From a virus: a stretch of DNA of 64,000 nucleotides. The stretch lies in IMG/VR virus record IMGVR_UViG_3300008339_000021, positions 26,206-90,205 of that record; one strand, written 5' to 3'. The notes beneath the pieces were generated by a model that searched no databases, was not told the DNA's origin, and worked only from the letters and a program-made list of their open reading frames with translations. How positions within the stretch are numbered: the stretch's first letter is position 1; each line of letters opens with the position of its first letter. This document shows positions 38,949 to 47,789 of this stretch, one piece after another. The position numbers and the translations under genes are program-made.

Positions 38949-41726
38949 TTAATTTCCACAATTGCAAGAAGAATATGTTTTTCCTGAGTTACATGCACAT
39001 GGACAATCTGGGCATTTATAGTTAGGATCTTTCAAAGATTGTAAATCTATCAGTTCTTTTTTAAATAACCATTTATCATCCTCATCAGGACAACAGTTTG
39101 TTATACCATATCTTTTTTCAAGAACTAACTTATACATAACATCTGCAGCTCTACATGTTATTTTATCATACTCATCAGGATCACAATTAGGTGTATTATA
39201 CCCCGGTCTAATTGTTCTATTATTTTTAAACTGAGGTTGTGGACATACTCCTTGTAAACATTCTCCAAAATATTGAATTATAGAAAGTGGATCATCAAAT
39301 GGAATAGGATTTTGTGCACAATATTCAGTATCAACACTAACATAATAATCTACTAAAATTGTCCAAGTACCTACTGGGCAGTTAGGATAATTTGCATTAT
39401 ATAATATATTTGCTACAATGACATCATTGTCAACATCAAATAATGTCCAAACATTTCCAGGTAGTTCAAATGAAATTACTACTTGATATCCATTAAAATA
39501 AGCTACATATTCTGGTTTTCCATTTACTATGTTTCCATTAGGAACTGCAACTAAATTATAATAACCAGTATACTCAGCACTTAAATATAATCCAATTAGG
39601 ATGTTTAAACAATTACATTCTTCTTGACATGACTTAGTAGATAACCTTGGGACTACTAAACCAAAATCACACTCATCATTCATTTCAAATGTTAAGTCAG
39701 ATGATATTGAAATCCATGCATCATCTCCTTGTGTTTGAACAGGACACTCTCCTTTGTAATTTGAATATGCAACAAATTGAGCTAAAGTAACTATTGTAAG
39801 TTCCCATCTATTTGTTAATGCATTAAATGTAATTTGAACTAACTCACCGTTATAATATCCAGTATAGTAGAAATAACCATTGATTTGACCAGCAGCTCTA
39901 AATGTAACTATTGTTGTTATACATTCTTCAGGAGTTATACAGTAAGTAAATGTTCCTGTAAAACAACCACATGGAAAATATTCCCAATTACCAATAGGGC
40001 ATGCTAGATTAGGACAAAGTTTATAACTTGGCCATGATGTAATACCTAGTGCAAGAGGATTAACCTCCGTATACAAAGCATACCAACAACCGTCATAAAA
40101 TGCAATTGTATAACATATGTTTAATATTTCTTGATCATCAATATAATTAATGCAAGCTTTATAGGTAGGATAACCATTAACTATTTCATCTGTTATTTCA
40201 AATTGAAAGTTTGTTTCTTGAAATACTTCACCTACAAGATATCTAATATTAGCTTGAAGACAAGAACATGCATCATCTGTAACCCATTCTGTAAGACATT
40301 CTCTACTGCTTGTTTCTCCTGGATTTAAAGCTATTACTTGTAAATTTCTATCACAGTCATAGTATGAGTATACTTTTCTTACATCATTATAATTTGTAAC
40401 TGTACTGCATTGACATATTATATCTACTCCACATGTTCCACAATCTTGATAAGTAGCTGTAACTACTACAGTGGTTGCATTTAAATATTCAGTTGTTTCA
40501 GATACTATCCAACATCCTGGACAATTTTGTATATTTATTACCCCTCCAACATATCCTGATAAGGCACTGTATGTTATAATTGGATCTGCTACTCCTGCAC
40601 AATCTGTTAATTTATAATAAGTTCTAGTACATGAAATACAATCAGGAAATATATCTTCAAGTTTAATATTTTGTGGATTTGGAGGAATTATATTAATCTG
40701 TTCAACTATATAACATCCACAATCTAATTTTACAACTTGACCAATATATGCTTCAAGATTTAAGATTGTATATATAACATCATTGTTATCACATGAAGTT
40801 AATTTATATGCTATAGGACCAATACATAATTCACATGTTGCATAACTAGATGTTACTACAACATCAATAGGACAATCACATATATCTAATCTGTCTAATA
40901 TTGAAGCAATCCAACAACCGTCTCTACCAACAATTTTTACAATGTTATCTGTACCATATACATATTGAAGTATTGTATCCGAATTTGTATAAATTATTTC
41001 ACCTGTAGTACAGTGTGTTAATTTATGACATACTACTGGACATCCATCTGGACCACAAGGACCAAAGCTAGCAAGTATGTAGTCTGTATCAGTTTCTTGA
41101 AATATTGGTGGTATTTTAGAACATACCTTTACATATGGATTAGCATTAAGAGCAGTTACATTTATCAAGGTATCTGTATCATCTACATAGAAAAACCCAT
41201 TACTATTTGCTATATAATAGCACTGAAGAGAGCAGTCACATGGAATATCTGGATCAGGATATATCTCTACTGCATCTTCACAACTAGTATCTTCAAGAGT
41301 AATAACATAAGCACATCCTGTAAAAGGTTCTGATATAACAGTTACAAAAGTTCCAATATAATCCTCAAAAGCAATGTTATTAGAAATTATAGGTTCTTCT
41401 CCATTACATGGAATTATTAAATAACAGTTTTGAATCAGTATTGGACAATCAGGACATACTGGAGCATCACAGTTAAGATCTTGATCAACTAAAGATAATT
41501 GAACTAATGGCGGTGGACTAGGATATGGTGTTATTCCCCCTGTATATTCTGGAGTAACTGTATAACAAGTACCAGGTGTTAAACCCTCATATGCTGATAG
41601 TCCTATAAATTGATAAACTTGTCCACCTACTATAGGCAATGAACCTTTAAAAAATATTTCTGTACCAGTACAACATTCTACAAATTTTAGAAAGTTAGTA
41701 ATAGCCGGTATAGGTGTCTTTGTCAT
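38949..41726 (-). CDS. Very Cys-rich repetitive protein (925 aa), probably structural
   Basis: Roughly 65-70 Cys by manual count; repeats YKLTxC...GC(W/Y)xV...CxxC. Confidence 0.6.
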   Translation of the reverse strand: MTKTPIPAITNFLKFVECCTGTEIFFKGSLPIVGGQVYQFIGLSAYEGLTPGTCYTVTPEYTGGITPYPSPPPLVQLSLVDQDLNCDAPVCPDCPILIQNCYLIIPCNGEEPIISNNIAFEDYIGTFVTVISEPFTGCAYVITLEDTSCEDAVEIYPDPDIPCDCSLQCYYIANSNGFFYVDDTDTLINVTALNANPYVKVCSKIPPIFQETDTDYILASFGPCGPDGCPVVCHKLTHCTTGEIIYTNSDTILQYVYGTDNIVKIVGRDGCWIASILDRLDICDCPIDVVVTSSYATCELCIGPIAYKLTSCDNNDVIYTILNLEAYIGQVVKLDCGCYIVEQINIIPPNPQNIKLEDIFPDCISCTRTYYKLTDCAGVADPIITYSALSGYVGGVINIQNCPGCWIVSETTEYLNATTVVVTATYQDCGTCGVDIICQCSTVTNYNDVRKVYSYYDCDRNLQVIALNPGETSSRECLTEWVTDDACSCLQANIRYLVGEVFQETNFQFEITDEIVNGYPTYKACINYIDDQEILNICYTIAFYDGCWYALYTEVNPLALGITSWPSYKLCPNLACPIGNWEYFPCGCFTGTFTYCITPEECITTIVTFRAAGQINGYFYYTGYYNGELVQITFNALTNRWELTIVTLAQFVAYSNYKGECPVQTQGDDAWISISSDLTFEMNDECDFGLVVPRLSTKSCQEECNCLNILIGLYLSAEYTGYYNLVAVPNGNIVNGKPEYVAYFNGYQVVISFELPGNVWTLFDVDNDVIVANILYNANYPNCPVGTWTILVDYYVSVDTEYCAQNPIPFDDPLSIIQYFGECLQGVCPQPQFKNNRTIRPGYNTPNCDPDEYDKITCRAADVMYKLVLEKRYGITNCCPDEDDKWLFKKELIDLQSLKDPNYKCPDCPCACNSGKTYSSCNCGN

Positions 41727-41923
41727 CTTTTAATAAACTTATATAAATTACTATACACAGCATTTCCTGATGTATTTGTCTGTTGTCTTGCAGCATTTTT
41801 TTCAGTTCTTAAAGTATCTTCATATGAACCTATACATCCATTACAAACAGATCTACCATTAGAAGCTGTTTTTCTTTGACATCCACAGGAAAGTGCTTTT
41901 CCACAATTTGAACATGTTGCCAT
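41723..41923 (-). CDS. Small Cys-rich protein (CxxC..CGC..CxxC)
   Basis: Fills the gap between neighbours, stop overlaps the next start, A-rich leader. Confidence 0.7.
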   Translation of the reverse strand: MATCSNCGKALSCGCQRKTASNGRSVCNGCIGSYEDTLRTEKNAARQQTNTSGNAVYSNLYKFIKR

Positions 41924-41944
41924 AATTTGTTGGTTTTTTAATGG

Positions 41945-42487
41945 TTAACAATTTCTACAATCAAATTTATTTAAAAGTCTTACTGCATAATTAAATAATG
42001 TCATGCCTTCTTGACTTCTATGACATACTTCAACTTTTGCTTTAGCAGTTTCTAAATACATTCTGATCAATCTAAGTTCCTTCAACTTTTCTTTTATTTT
42101 AGCTGGAGGATCACAATCTGCAACATCTATATCACAAAGAATTTTTTCATAGTGATTTAGTGCACAAGTTATTCTTAAGTGATTATATTCTACATATACC
42201 TTACATTCTGGATCAATTGCATATTTTACAATATAAATTCCATCAGGTAAGGATAAAAAAGAACTATCACAATTTTCAGTTTGTAATCCAAAATCACATG
42301 CTGTATAAGTTGGTGTTGATTCTGGTACAAACCTTATTTCATTAGGACAATTGAATCCAGGTACTGTAACAAATAGTGTTGGTCTAAATACTCCAACTAA
42401 AGGAGAATAAACACTTGTATCAAATATCTTAAAAACACAAGAATTTGTAACAGTTGGAATTTCTAAACTTAATACATGATTTGCCAT
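41945..42487 (-). CDS. Putative tail hub/structural protein (180 aa)
   Basis: LPDGIYIVKY motif recalled from crAss-like structural proteins that follow the auxiliary capsid gene. Confidence 0.45.
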   Translation of the reverse strand: MANHVLSLEIPTVTNSCVFKIFDTSVYSPLVGVFRPTLFVTVPGFNCPNEIRFVPESTPTYTACDFGLQTENCDSSFLSLPDGIYIVKYAIDPECKVYVEYNHLRITCALNHYEKILCDIDVADCDPPAKIKEKLKELRLIRMYLETAKAKVEVCHRSQEGMTLFNYAVRLLNKFDCRNC

Positions 42488-42498
42488 AATACTATAAT

Positions 42499-42536
42499 AA
42501 AAAAGGAGAGGAGAGATTAACCCTCACTCTCCTTTA
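42499..42536 (-). terminator. Rho-independent terminator
   Basis: Minus strand AAAGGAGAGTGAGGG-TTA-ATCTCTCCTCTCCTTTTTT (imperfect stem plus U-tract), after the 447-aa gene. Confidence 0.75.
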
Positions 42537-42555
42537 TATGAGTTATCAAAAAATA

Positions 42556-43899
42556 TTAATCTATAACTGCTTCATCACCTGGAAGTGGAACCACTTGACT
42601 TGCGCAAGGAATTCCTTTACCAATATCTTGAATATTACACTCAGAACAGTTTTCTAACCATGCAAGAAGTCTTTTCCAAACAGAATTTAATGCTACATTA
42701 TCACCTTGTGGAACAACAAGTTCAACAACATATTGGTCATTATCAAATGTTCCAGTTGGGTTGTACAATCTTGGTACATTGTGTTGTAAATAGATTCTGT
42801 CATAAAGACCAGTTCTAGATATACCAGCTGCATTAAGAATGTCATACCCTTGAGTAATCTCTCTAATTCTGAAGTCAGTAGCAAAATGGTTTTGTCTGTA
42901 AGATTCAGAAAGAATTACATCTCTTACTACAGTTTCACCAATACCATTTACTTGTCTTCCGTAACATTCTACACCAACACAAAGTGCTTCAAATTCACAT
43001 GGAGATCCTGTGTAGTCTACTTCAGAAGCATAAACTCTTACTGGCTCTATTTCATAGAAGTCAGTTACTTGGAAAGTACAGTTTTCAAACTTAGTTTCAT
43101 AGTATGCACCTGTTAATACAATACCTGCACACATAGTATTTACATATGCTGCTTCAGTCCAATCACTATAATGCTTATATGTTACTCCTACAATTACAGG
43201 TAATGCAGTAAGATCTACATCATTTGGATAGTAATAAGTCCATGCTGCACCTGCATTGTTTGTAAATGTTACAACTGGGTATATAAATGGATTGATCAAC
43301 GGTGAATTCAATATTTGTTGTGCCCAAGCAATATATACTTTTCTAGGATCTACTGGTGTAGGAGCAATAGTGTCATCTGCACAACATCCTGTGTATCCTT
43401 CAAGTGTTAAGTATGCATTGTGATTTAATAATCTTAATGCAGGAGAACCTTTAACATCTAAACGTAGATAATAAGTTTCACCACACAAGAATGGTTTACA
43501 ACAATCTCCAGCAGTTTCTCCTGGGTTAGAACTTGATGGTGGATTAACATAAGTCCAAGGAGTGTATCCTACGTGAGTTACATATCTTTCAGGTTCATTA
43601 GCAGGAGAGTAATAAAGTTTGCTTACATATTTAGGTCTAATTGTTTTAGTTTTGTTAGACTCCAAATAACCTCCAGCAAATGGACCAATTTTGTCATTTT
43701 TCATTAATGAGCCTGTAGCAATAATTACATCACAACAACCTGATGGTTGTGGTGCTACTGTAAATGTTTTAGGATCAATAAATGTAATTTCTCCTGGTTT
43801 CAACATATTTGTTGTCGATGTTCCCAATTGTACCCCACTTAGGCCTGACACTTTTTGTGCCACCATAGTTTTTTTAAAGGCATGATTAAAATAAGACAT
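42556..43899 (-). CDS. Abundant structural protein, probably auxiliary capsid/decoration protein (447 aa)
   Basis: Has its own promoter-like motif and terminator (like the capsid gene, followed by a terminator); beta-rich; synteny with crAss-like auxiliary capsid genes. Confidence 0.5.
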   Translation of the reverse strand: MSYFNHAFKKTMVAQKVSGLSGVQLGTSTTNMLKPGEITFIDPKTFTVAPQPSGCCDVIIATGSLMKNDKIGPFAGGYLESNKTKTIRPKYVSKLYYSPANEPERYVTHVGYTPWTYVNPPSSSNPGETAGDCCKPFLCGETYYLRLDVKGSPALRLLNHNAYLTLEGYTGCCADDTIAPTPVDPRKVYIAWAQQILNSPLINPFIYPVVTFTNNAGAAWTYYYPNDVDLTALPVIVGVTYKHYSDWTEAAYVNTMCAGIVLTGAYYETKFENCTFQVTDFYEIEPVRVYASEVDYTGSPCEFEALCVGVECYGRQVNGIGETVVRDVILSESYRQNHFATDFRIREITQGYDILNAAGISRTGLYDRIYLQHNVPRLYNPTGTFDNDQYVVELVVPQGDNVALNSVWKRLLAWLENCSECNIQDIGKGIPCASQVVPLPGDEAVID

Positions 43900-43923
43900 T
43901 GTTTTTGTTTTTAGTTAATAAAT

Positions 43924-43945
43924 AAATATACTATAATATAGTAAA
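43924..43945 (-). promoter_or_regulatory. Variant conserved motif (TTTACTATATTATAGTATATTT), candidate late promoter
   Basis: Two overlapping variants of the GTATATT motif upstream of the 447-aa gene. Confidence 0.45.
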
Positions 43946-43964
43946 AAGTTTTTTAATCTCCAAA

Positions 43965-44483
43965 TTATTTCAAGAAAAGTAATTTATACTTAGTAGAGTT
44001 AATAGAATCTTTAACCAAGTCTAGATTATTTACAATTTCAGAATAGGGTAATTGTCCTTGAAGTTTATTTATCATTGCATAAAGATCTCTAAGATAACCT
44101 ACACCATCAGCAACTGTATCCAATGTTCTAGGAGCTACATCTTTTAATGTAAGTATCTTTTCTGCAGTACCTTGATATCCTTCAACTAATGTATCAGCAT
44201 GTCCAGGTAATCCATCATAAAAATCTCCTATTGCAACATGTGCTGCATAGGAGCCTTCACCGGTTACTTTAAGATGAAGTTTATGAAAACTGTTTCTAGC
44301 ATTCATAAGTTCTACTGCACAAGATGCAACCATATTATCTAATGAGCTACCTCCTACACCTGCATCTGGTGTTGGTTGTGGTTTAGCAGGTTCTGATTTT
44401 GGTTGGTTAACAATAGGTTCTGGTCTACTTACAGTTCTTGTAGGTTCAACATTTCTTTTTAGAAGTCTTGATTTAGTTTCCAT
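43965..44483 (-). CDS. Dps/ferritin-like four-helix-bundle protein (DUF5856-like)
   Basis: HKLHL..GSYAAHVAIGDFYD...ADTLVEGYQG matches the Dps-like H..H/D..E metal-ligand pattern; ends in KYKLLFLK. Confidence 0.7.
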   Translation of the reverse strand: METKSRLLKRNVEPTRTVSRPEPIVNQPKSEPAKPQPTPDAGVGGSSLDNMVASCAVELMNARNSFHKLHLKVTGEGSYAAHVAIGDFYDGLPGHADTLVEGYQGTAEKILTLKDVAPRTLDTVADGVGYLRDLYAMINKLQGQLPYSEIVNNLDLVKDSINSTKYKLLFLK

Positions 44484-44485
44484 AT

Positions 44486-45184
44486 TTAGTTGTTTCTTTC
44501 TGCAGTTTCTGTACCTCTAGAGAATTGATTTCCTGATTCAATATCTCCAGCAAGTATACTAGCTGCTTCATCAATTATTAATTCTATTATATCATCCTTA
44601 AATTCACATTGTACTTCAGCTGTAGATGCTAAATTAGTATATGGATCTACACAACCATTAATTTGTATTTTAATTGGCTGTCTATAGTAAATAAGGTCTG
44701 CCTCATCTATATCAAATTCATTATTTGTATAAATGTTTACACTACCTCCTTTTAATGTTGCAAAAGTTTCCCCCCACTCAAAACTTGGTTGTTTTGATTT
44801 ATCTCTAAGTAGTTCTCTTAAGTTAGCTTCTTCTGCTAAATAAACCATCATAGATCTTTTATCACAGCAGTCCTTTCTAGTAAGGGCATCTACTCTTTTC
44901 CATTGAAGATAATCTTCTGGTAAAGTACCTCTGTAATAATACTGTTTATCTGCAATGGCTAAGGGAAAAGTTTCAAGAAGTATTTGTAAATCATCTTTTC
45001 TTCTTGTTGAACCTTCATCACCTTCTTTAGTAAGATTTATACCATGAAGCTGTCTACGAGCCCATTCAACCTGAGCTTTATTAAAAGATTCAACAATTTG
45101 CCAGCAAGTTATATTATCATAATCTTGACTGTCAAGCTTATTGAGTCTTTGTTTAATCTTTATGGTAAGTGTACTATTAAGCAT
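44486..45184 (-). CDS. Head-tail ring/adaptor protein (crAss-like)
   Basis: LNKLDS..FNKAQ, LPEDYL, LIYYRQP, CEF..IIDEAA pattern of crAss-like ring proteins downstream of the capsid gene. Confidence 0.6.
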   Translation of the reverse strand: MLNSTLTIKIKQRLNKLDSQDYDNITCWQIVESFNKAQVEWARRQLHGINLTKEGDEGSTRRKDDLQILLETFPLAIADKQYYYRGTLPEDYLQWKRVDALTRKDCCDKRSMMVYLAEEANLRELLRDKSKQPSFEWGETFATLKGGSVNIYTNNEFDIDEADLIYYRQPIKIQINGCVDPYTNLASTAEVQCEFKDDIIELIIDEAASILAGDIESGNQFSRGTETAERNN

Positions 45185-45187
45185 AGC

Positions 45188-45634
45188 TTATTTTCTTTTC
45201 TTATTTTTTACAGCACCTCCTCTTCTTTGTTTATAAGGACTTGAAGTTGGAACACTCATATTCAATGTATTAGCTCTTTGTCTTGGTGCTGGTGTTGATT
45301 GCATTGACTGTGTACCAATCACACCTTCTGGCTTACTCATAGACATTATTTTTTGCATAGCAGTAGAAGGATTAACACTACTATAAACAGATGGAGTTCC
45401 TGCTGGTGGTGTAAGATTAGGTTTTGCTGGTGGAGATGCTGGATACTGATTTAACATGTTTTCAAATGCAGCATCATCCGCAGCCATTCTTCCCATACCA
45501 GATCCTCCTCCACCTTGGAGTTTCTTTAAATACTTATTATAAGCTTTCATTTGTCCACCAGCTTTCATATGAGCCATAGCTACATTATCATTAAATGTTT
45601 TAAGTGGATTATTAGGTTTAAGTGGTTTTTTCAT
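45188..45634 (-). CDS. Small basic low-complexity protein with xxGG motifs
   Basis: Tightly packed ORF; MKAGG, LQGGG, QRRGG; Lys-rich tail. Confidence 0.7.
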   Translation of the reverse strand: MKKPLKPNNPLKTFNDNVAMAHMKAGGQMKAYNKYLKKLQGGGGSGMGRMAADDAAFENMLNQYPASPPAKPNLTPPAGTPSVYSSVNPSTAMQKIMSMSKPEGVIGTQSMQSTPAPRQRANTLNMSVPTSSPYKQRRGGAVKNKKRK

Positions 45635-45636
45635 AG

Positions 45637-45783
45637 TTATCTATTTTTAGCCATTTTTTTTAATGTTCTAGCTAGAGCTTTTCTTTTAGGTGTACAAGTA
45701 GGTTTTGACATAGGAGTACAATAACCCTTATGTTTAGGATTGATTGCTTTTTGTATCCATTTTTTATCCTTCTTAGTAGCCAT
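45637..45783 (-). CDS. Small basic protein, 48 aa (not in ORF track)
   Basis: Hand translation MATKKDKKWIQKAINPKHKGYCTPMSKPTCTPKRKALARTLKKMAKNR; fills the gap with 2-nt spacers on both sides. Confidence 0.8.
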   Translation of the reverse strand: MATKKDKKWIQKAINPKHKGYCTPMSKPTCTPKRKALARTLKKMAKNR

Positions 45784-45785
45784 GA

Positions 45786-46022
45786 CTATTTTTTCTTTTT
45801 ACTAGCTCTTTTCTTAGCACCTGCAATTCTATCAGCTGCTGTTGCTTTAGGATTATTATCTATACCAGCTTTTACTGAAAGCATACCAAATTTAGTAGCA
45901 CCACCTTTCTTCATTTGCATAGGTCTAGTAGTAGCATTATAGCCAGGCATACCAACAATTTTTTGTGAACCACCTTTTTGCATTTTCTTTGTGGCACCGC
46001 CACATTGCATACATTTTTTCAT
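45786..46022 (-). CDS. Small basic protein with CxxCGG and MxKGG motifs
   Basis: Tightly packed ORF with 2-nt spacers. Confidence 0.75.
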   Translation of the reverse strand: MKKCMQCGGATKKMQKGGSQKIVGMPGYNATTRPMQMKKGGATKFGMLSVKAGIDNNPKATAADRIAGAKKRASKKKK

Positions 46023-46024
46023 GA

Positions 46025-46381
46025 CTATTTTTTTCTTTTTAATTTAACACTACCACCTCTCCTTTCTACAGGCAAAGATGTTTCTTTTTTAAGTTGTTTT
46101 CTAATGTCAGATCTTTTAACATCTTTACCTTCTTTTTCTGCTTTTCTTTTAAGTTCATTAACTGCTTTTATTCTTTGAACTCCTTTTAATGAACCTACAG
46201 CAGAAGCAATTGCTGCACCAGCACCAAATACACCAGCAGCAATTTTTTGACTAGTACATGGTACACAGTCAGGATATACTCCACATCTATTTTTAGAGTT
46301 GTTTTTACAATCTCCTGCAGCACCTCCTTTTGCCATTTTTTTCATTGTGCCACCACATTTAGCACATCCCATTTTTTTCAT
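46025..46381 (-). CDS. Small basic protein with CxxCGG, MAKGG, ERRGG and a hydrophobic segment
   Basis: N-terminus parallels the next gene (CAKCGGTMKKMAKGG vs CMQCGGATKKMQKGG). Confidence 0.75.
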   Translation of the reverse strand: MKKMGCAKCGGTMKKMAKGGAAGDCKNNSKNRCGVYPDCVPCTSQKIAAGVFGAGAAIASAVGSLKGVQRIKAVNELKRKAEKEGKDVKRSDIRKQLKKETSLPVERRGGSVKLKRKK

Positions 46382-46400
46382 ATTGATATAAATATATAAA

Positions 46401-46682
46401 TTAACAATTCCATTTCCTCAAAGATTTATTAATCCTTGAATCTGGGTCATTAGCTTTTTTCTTACCAGTTAGTTTTTTCTTCATACCTTCCATTCTGGCA
46501 CAAAAAGATTTTCTCCTTTTAGCAGACTTACTATCTGGATCAAGTTTAGAAGGTTTGGTAGTTACAGCTGTCTTAAGTTTACTTCCTGGATTCTCTCTTC
46601 TATAGGAAGCAACACCTTTAGCATTCAAACCACCTGATGGGTTTTTACCTTCTTTTCTTTGCCAAGCTGCTGACTTTGCCAT
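46401..46682 (-). CDS. Small basic phage protein (DUF6321-like)
   Basis: GKNPSGGLNAKG...RRKSFCARM...SLRKWNC, a recalled widespread aquatic-phage motif. Confidence 0.7.
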   Translation of the reverse strand: MAKSAAWQRKEGKNPSGGLNAKGVASYRRENPGSKLKTAVTTKPSKLDPDSKSAKRRKSFCARMEGMKKKLTGKKKANDPDSRINKSLRKWNC

Positions 46683-46684
46683 TA

Positions 46685-46930
46685 CTATTTCATTTTACCA
46701 TTAGCAAGATTAGTAAACATCTTAGCTTGCTCTTGTGCCATCTTCTTTACATCTGTCATAAGCTTAGCATCTTTCTGAATCTCAGCTGCCCTTTTTAATG
46801 TAGACATAGCAGATTCAACTTCCCACTTTCTCATCTCAGCCTTGTTGCCTCCCATAATAGAGATACCAAGTGAAGAAGATGACTTCTTAGCAGGAGCTTT
46901 CTTAGTAGTTGTTGTTTTCTTAATTGCCAT
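46685..46930 (-). CDS. Small basic protein
   Basis: Tightly packed ORF; KWEVESAMSTLKRAAEI helical motif. Confidence 0.7.
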   Translation of the reverse strand: MAIKKTTTTKKAPAKKSSSSLGISIMGGNKAEMRKWEVESAMSTLKRAAEIQKDAKLMTDVKKMAQEQAKMFTNLANGKMK

Positions 46931-46932
46931 AA

Positions 46933-47259
46933 CTATTTATGTTTTTTTGATGTTCTTAATCCACTAGAAGAAGATTGTCTTCTTAAAACTGAACCTTTAA
47001 TAACTGATCCACCCCTTTTAGCAAATGAACTACTAGAATCAAAAGGATCATTTTCTTCTTTAAGAAAAGCATCTCTTGCTTTCATTCTATCTACTTTATT
47101 TTCAAGCTTATCTTTGTCTACATATTTAGTTACTTTTTTAAGCTTGTCACCATCTTTATTTCTTACAGTTTTAGTAATTGTACCTTTAAAAATATCATAA
47201 TCTTTAGTTCTATCTCTAAAGATACCTTTACTTTGTTTTCTGTAATCTGGATCTGCCAT
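46933..47259 (-). CDS. Small basic protein with FAKRGG motif
   Basis: Tightly packed ORF. Confidence 0.7.
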   Translation of the reverse strand: MADPDYRKQSKGIFRDRTKDYDIFKGTITKTVRNKDGDKLKKVTKYVDKDKLENKVDRMKARDAFLKEENDPFDSSSSFAKRGGSVIKGSVLRRQSSSSGLRTSKKHK

Positions 47260-47276
47260 GACTATATATTTTTAAA

Positions 47277-47615
47277 TTAAACATTTTTAACTCTTCTTCC
47301 CATACCTACTCTAGACTTCTCAGCTTTTTTAGCTTTTAGTTTAGAAGGAGATAATTCACTTTTTGTTTTAGGAGTATCCTTAGATACTCTTCTTGTAGGC
47401 CGGCAGTATTCATTTTTACCACCGGCACCACAAGCTTTTCCTGTTTTAGTATCTTGCCATTTTTCTTTTTCCCATCTTTTAAGTTCAGATCCTTCCTTAG
47501 TTTTTCTAACTTTGCCGGATTTTTTTCTGCACTTTGCTATAGCCTGAGAAGCCCTAGCAGAAGGGAATACAGCATATCTTGCTTTTACACTATGATAACA
47601 TGCATCTTTTGGCAT
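47277..47615 (-). CDS. Small basic phage protein (DUF5872-like)
   Basis: KDACYHSVKARY.VFPSA.AS..KCRK and LKRW.KEKW.D..CG..YCRP..RVS..TPKT motifs, recalled from aquatic phages. Confidence 0.7.
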   Translation of the reverse strand: MPKDACYHSVKARYAVFPSARASQAIAKCRKKSGKVRKTKEGSELKRWEKEKWQDTKTGKACGAGGKNEYCRPTRRVSKDTPKTKSELSPSKLKAKKAEKSRVGMGRRVKNV

Positions 47616-47624
47616 TACTATTTT

Positions 47625-47777
47625 TTATTTTTTTGGTTTAGCAACTTTTTTGTTGAGACCAACTTTAGTTCCTTTAGATCCAGCAGTTTTGTCTGCAAAA
47701 ACTTTTGCATTAGAATTGACCATACCTCCTGTTTTCATCATTGTTTTGCCATACATAGCTTTAGATACTTTTTTCAT
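47625..47777 (-). CDS. Small basic protein, 50 aa (not in ORF track)
   Basis: Hand translation MKKVSKAMYGKTMMKTGGMVNSNAKVFADKTAGSKGTKVGLNKKVAKPKK; A-rich leader; fills the gap. Confidence 0.75.
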   Translation of the reverse strand: MKKVSKAMYGKTMMKTGGMVNSNAKVFADKTAGSKGTKVGLNKKVAKPKK

Positions 47778-47789
47778 TTTATTTAACTT

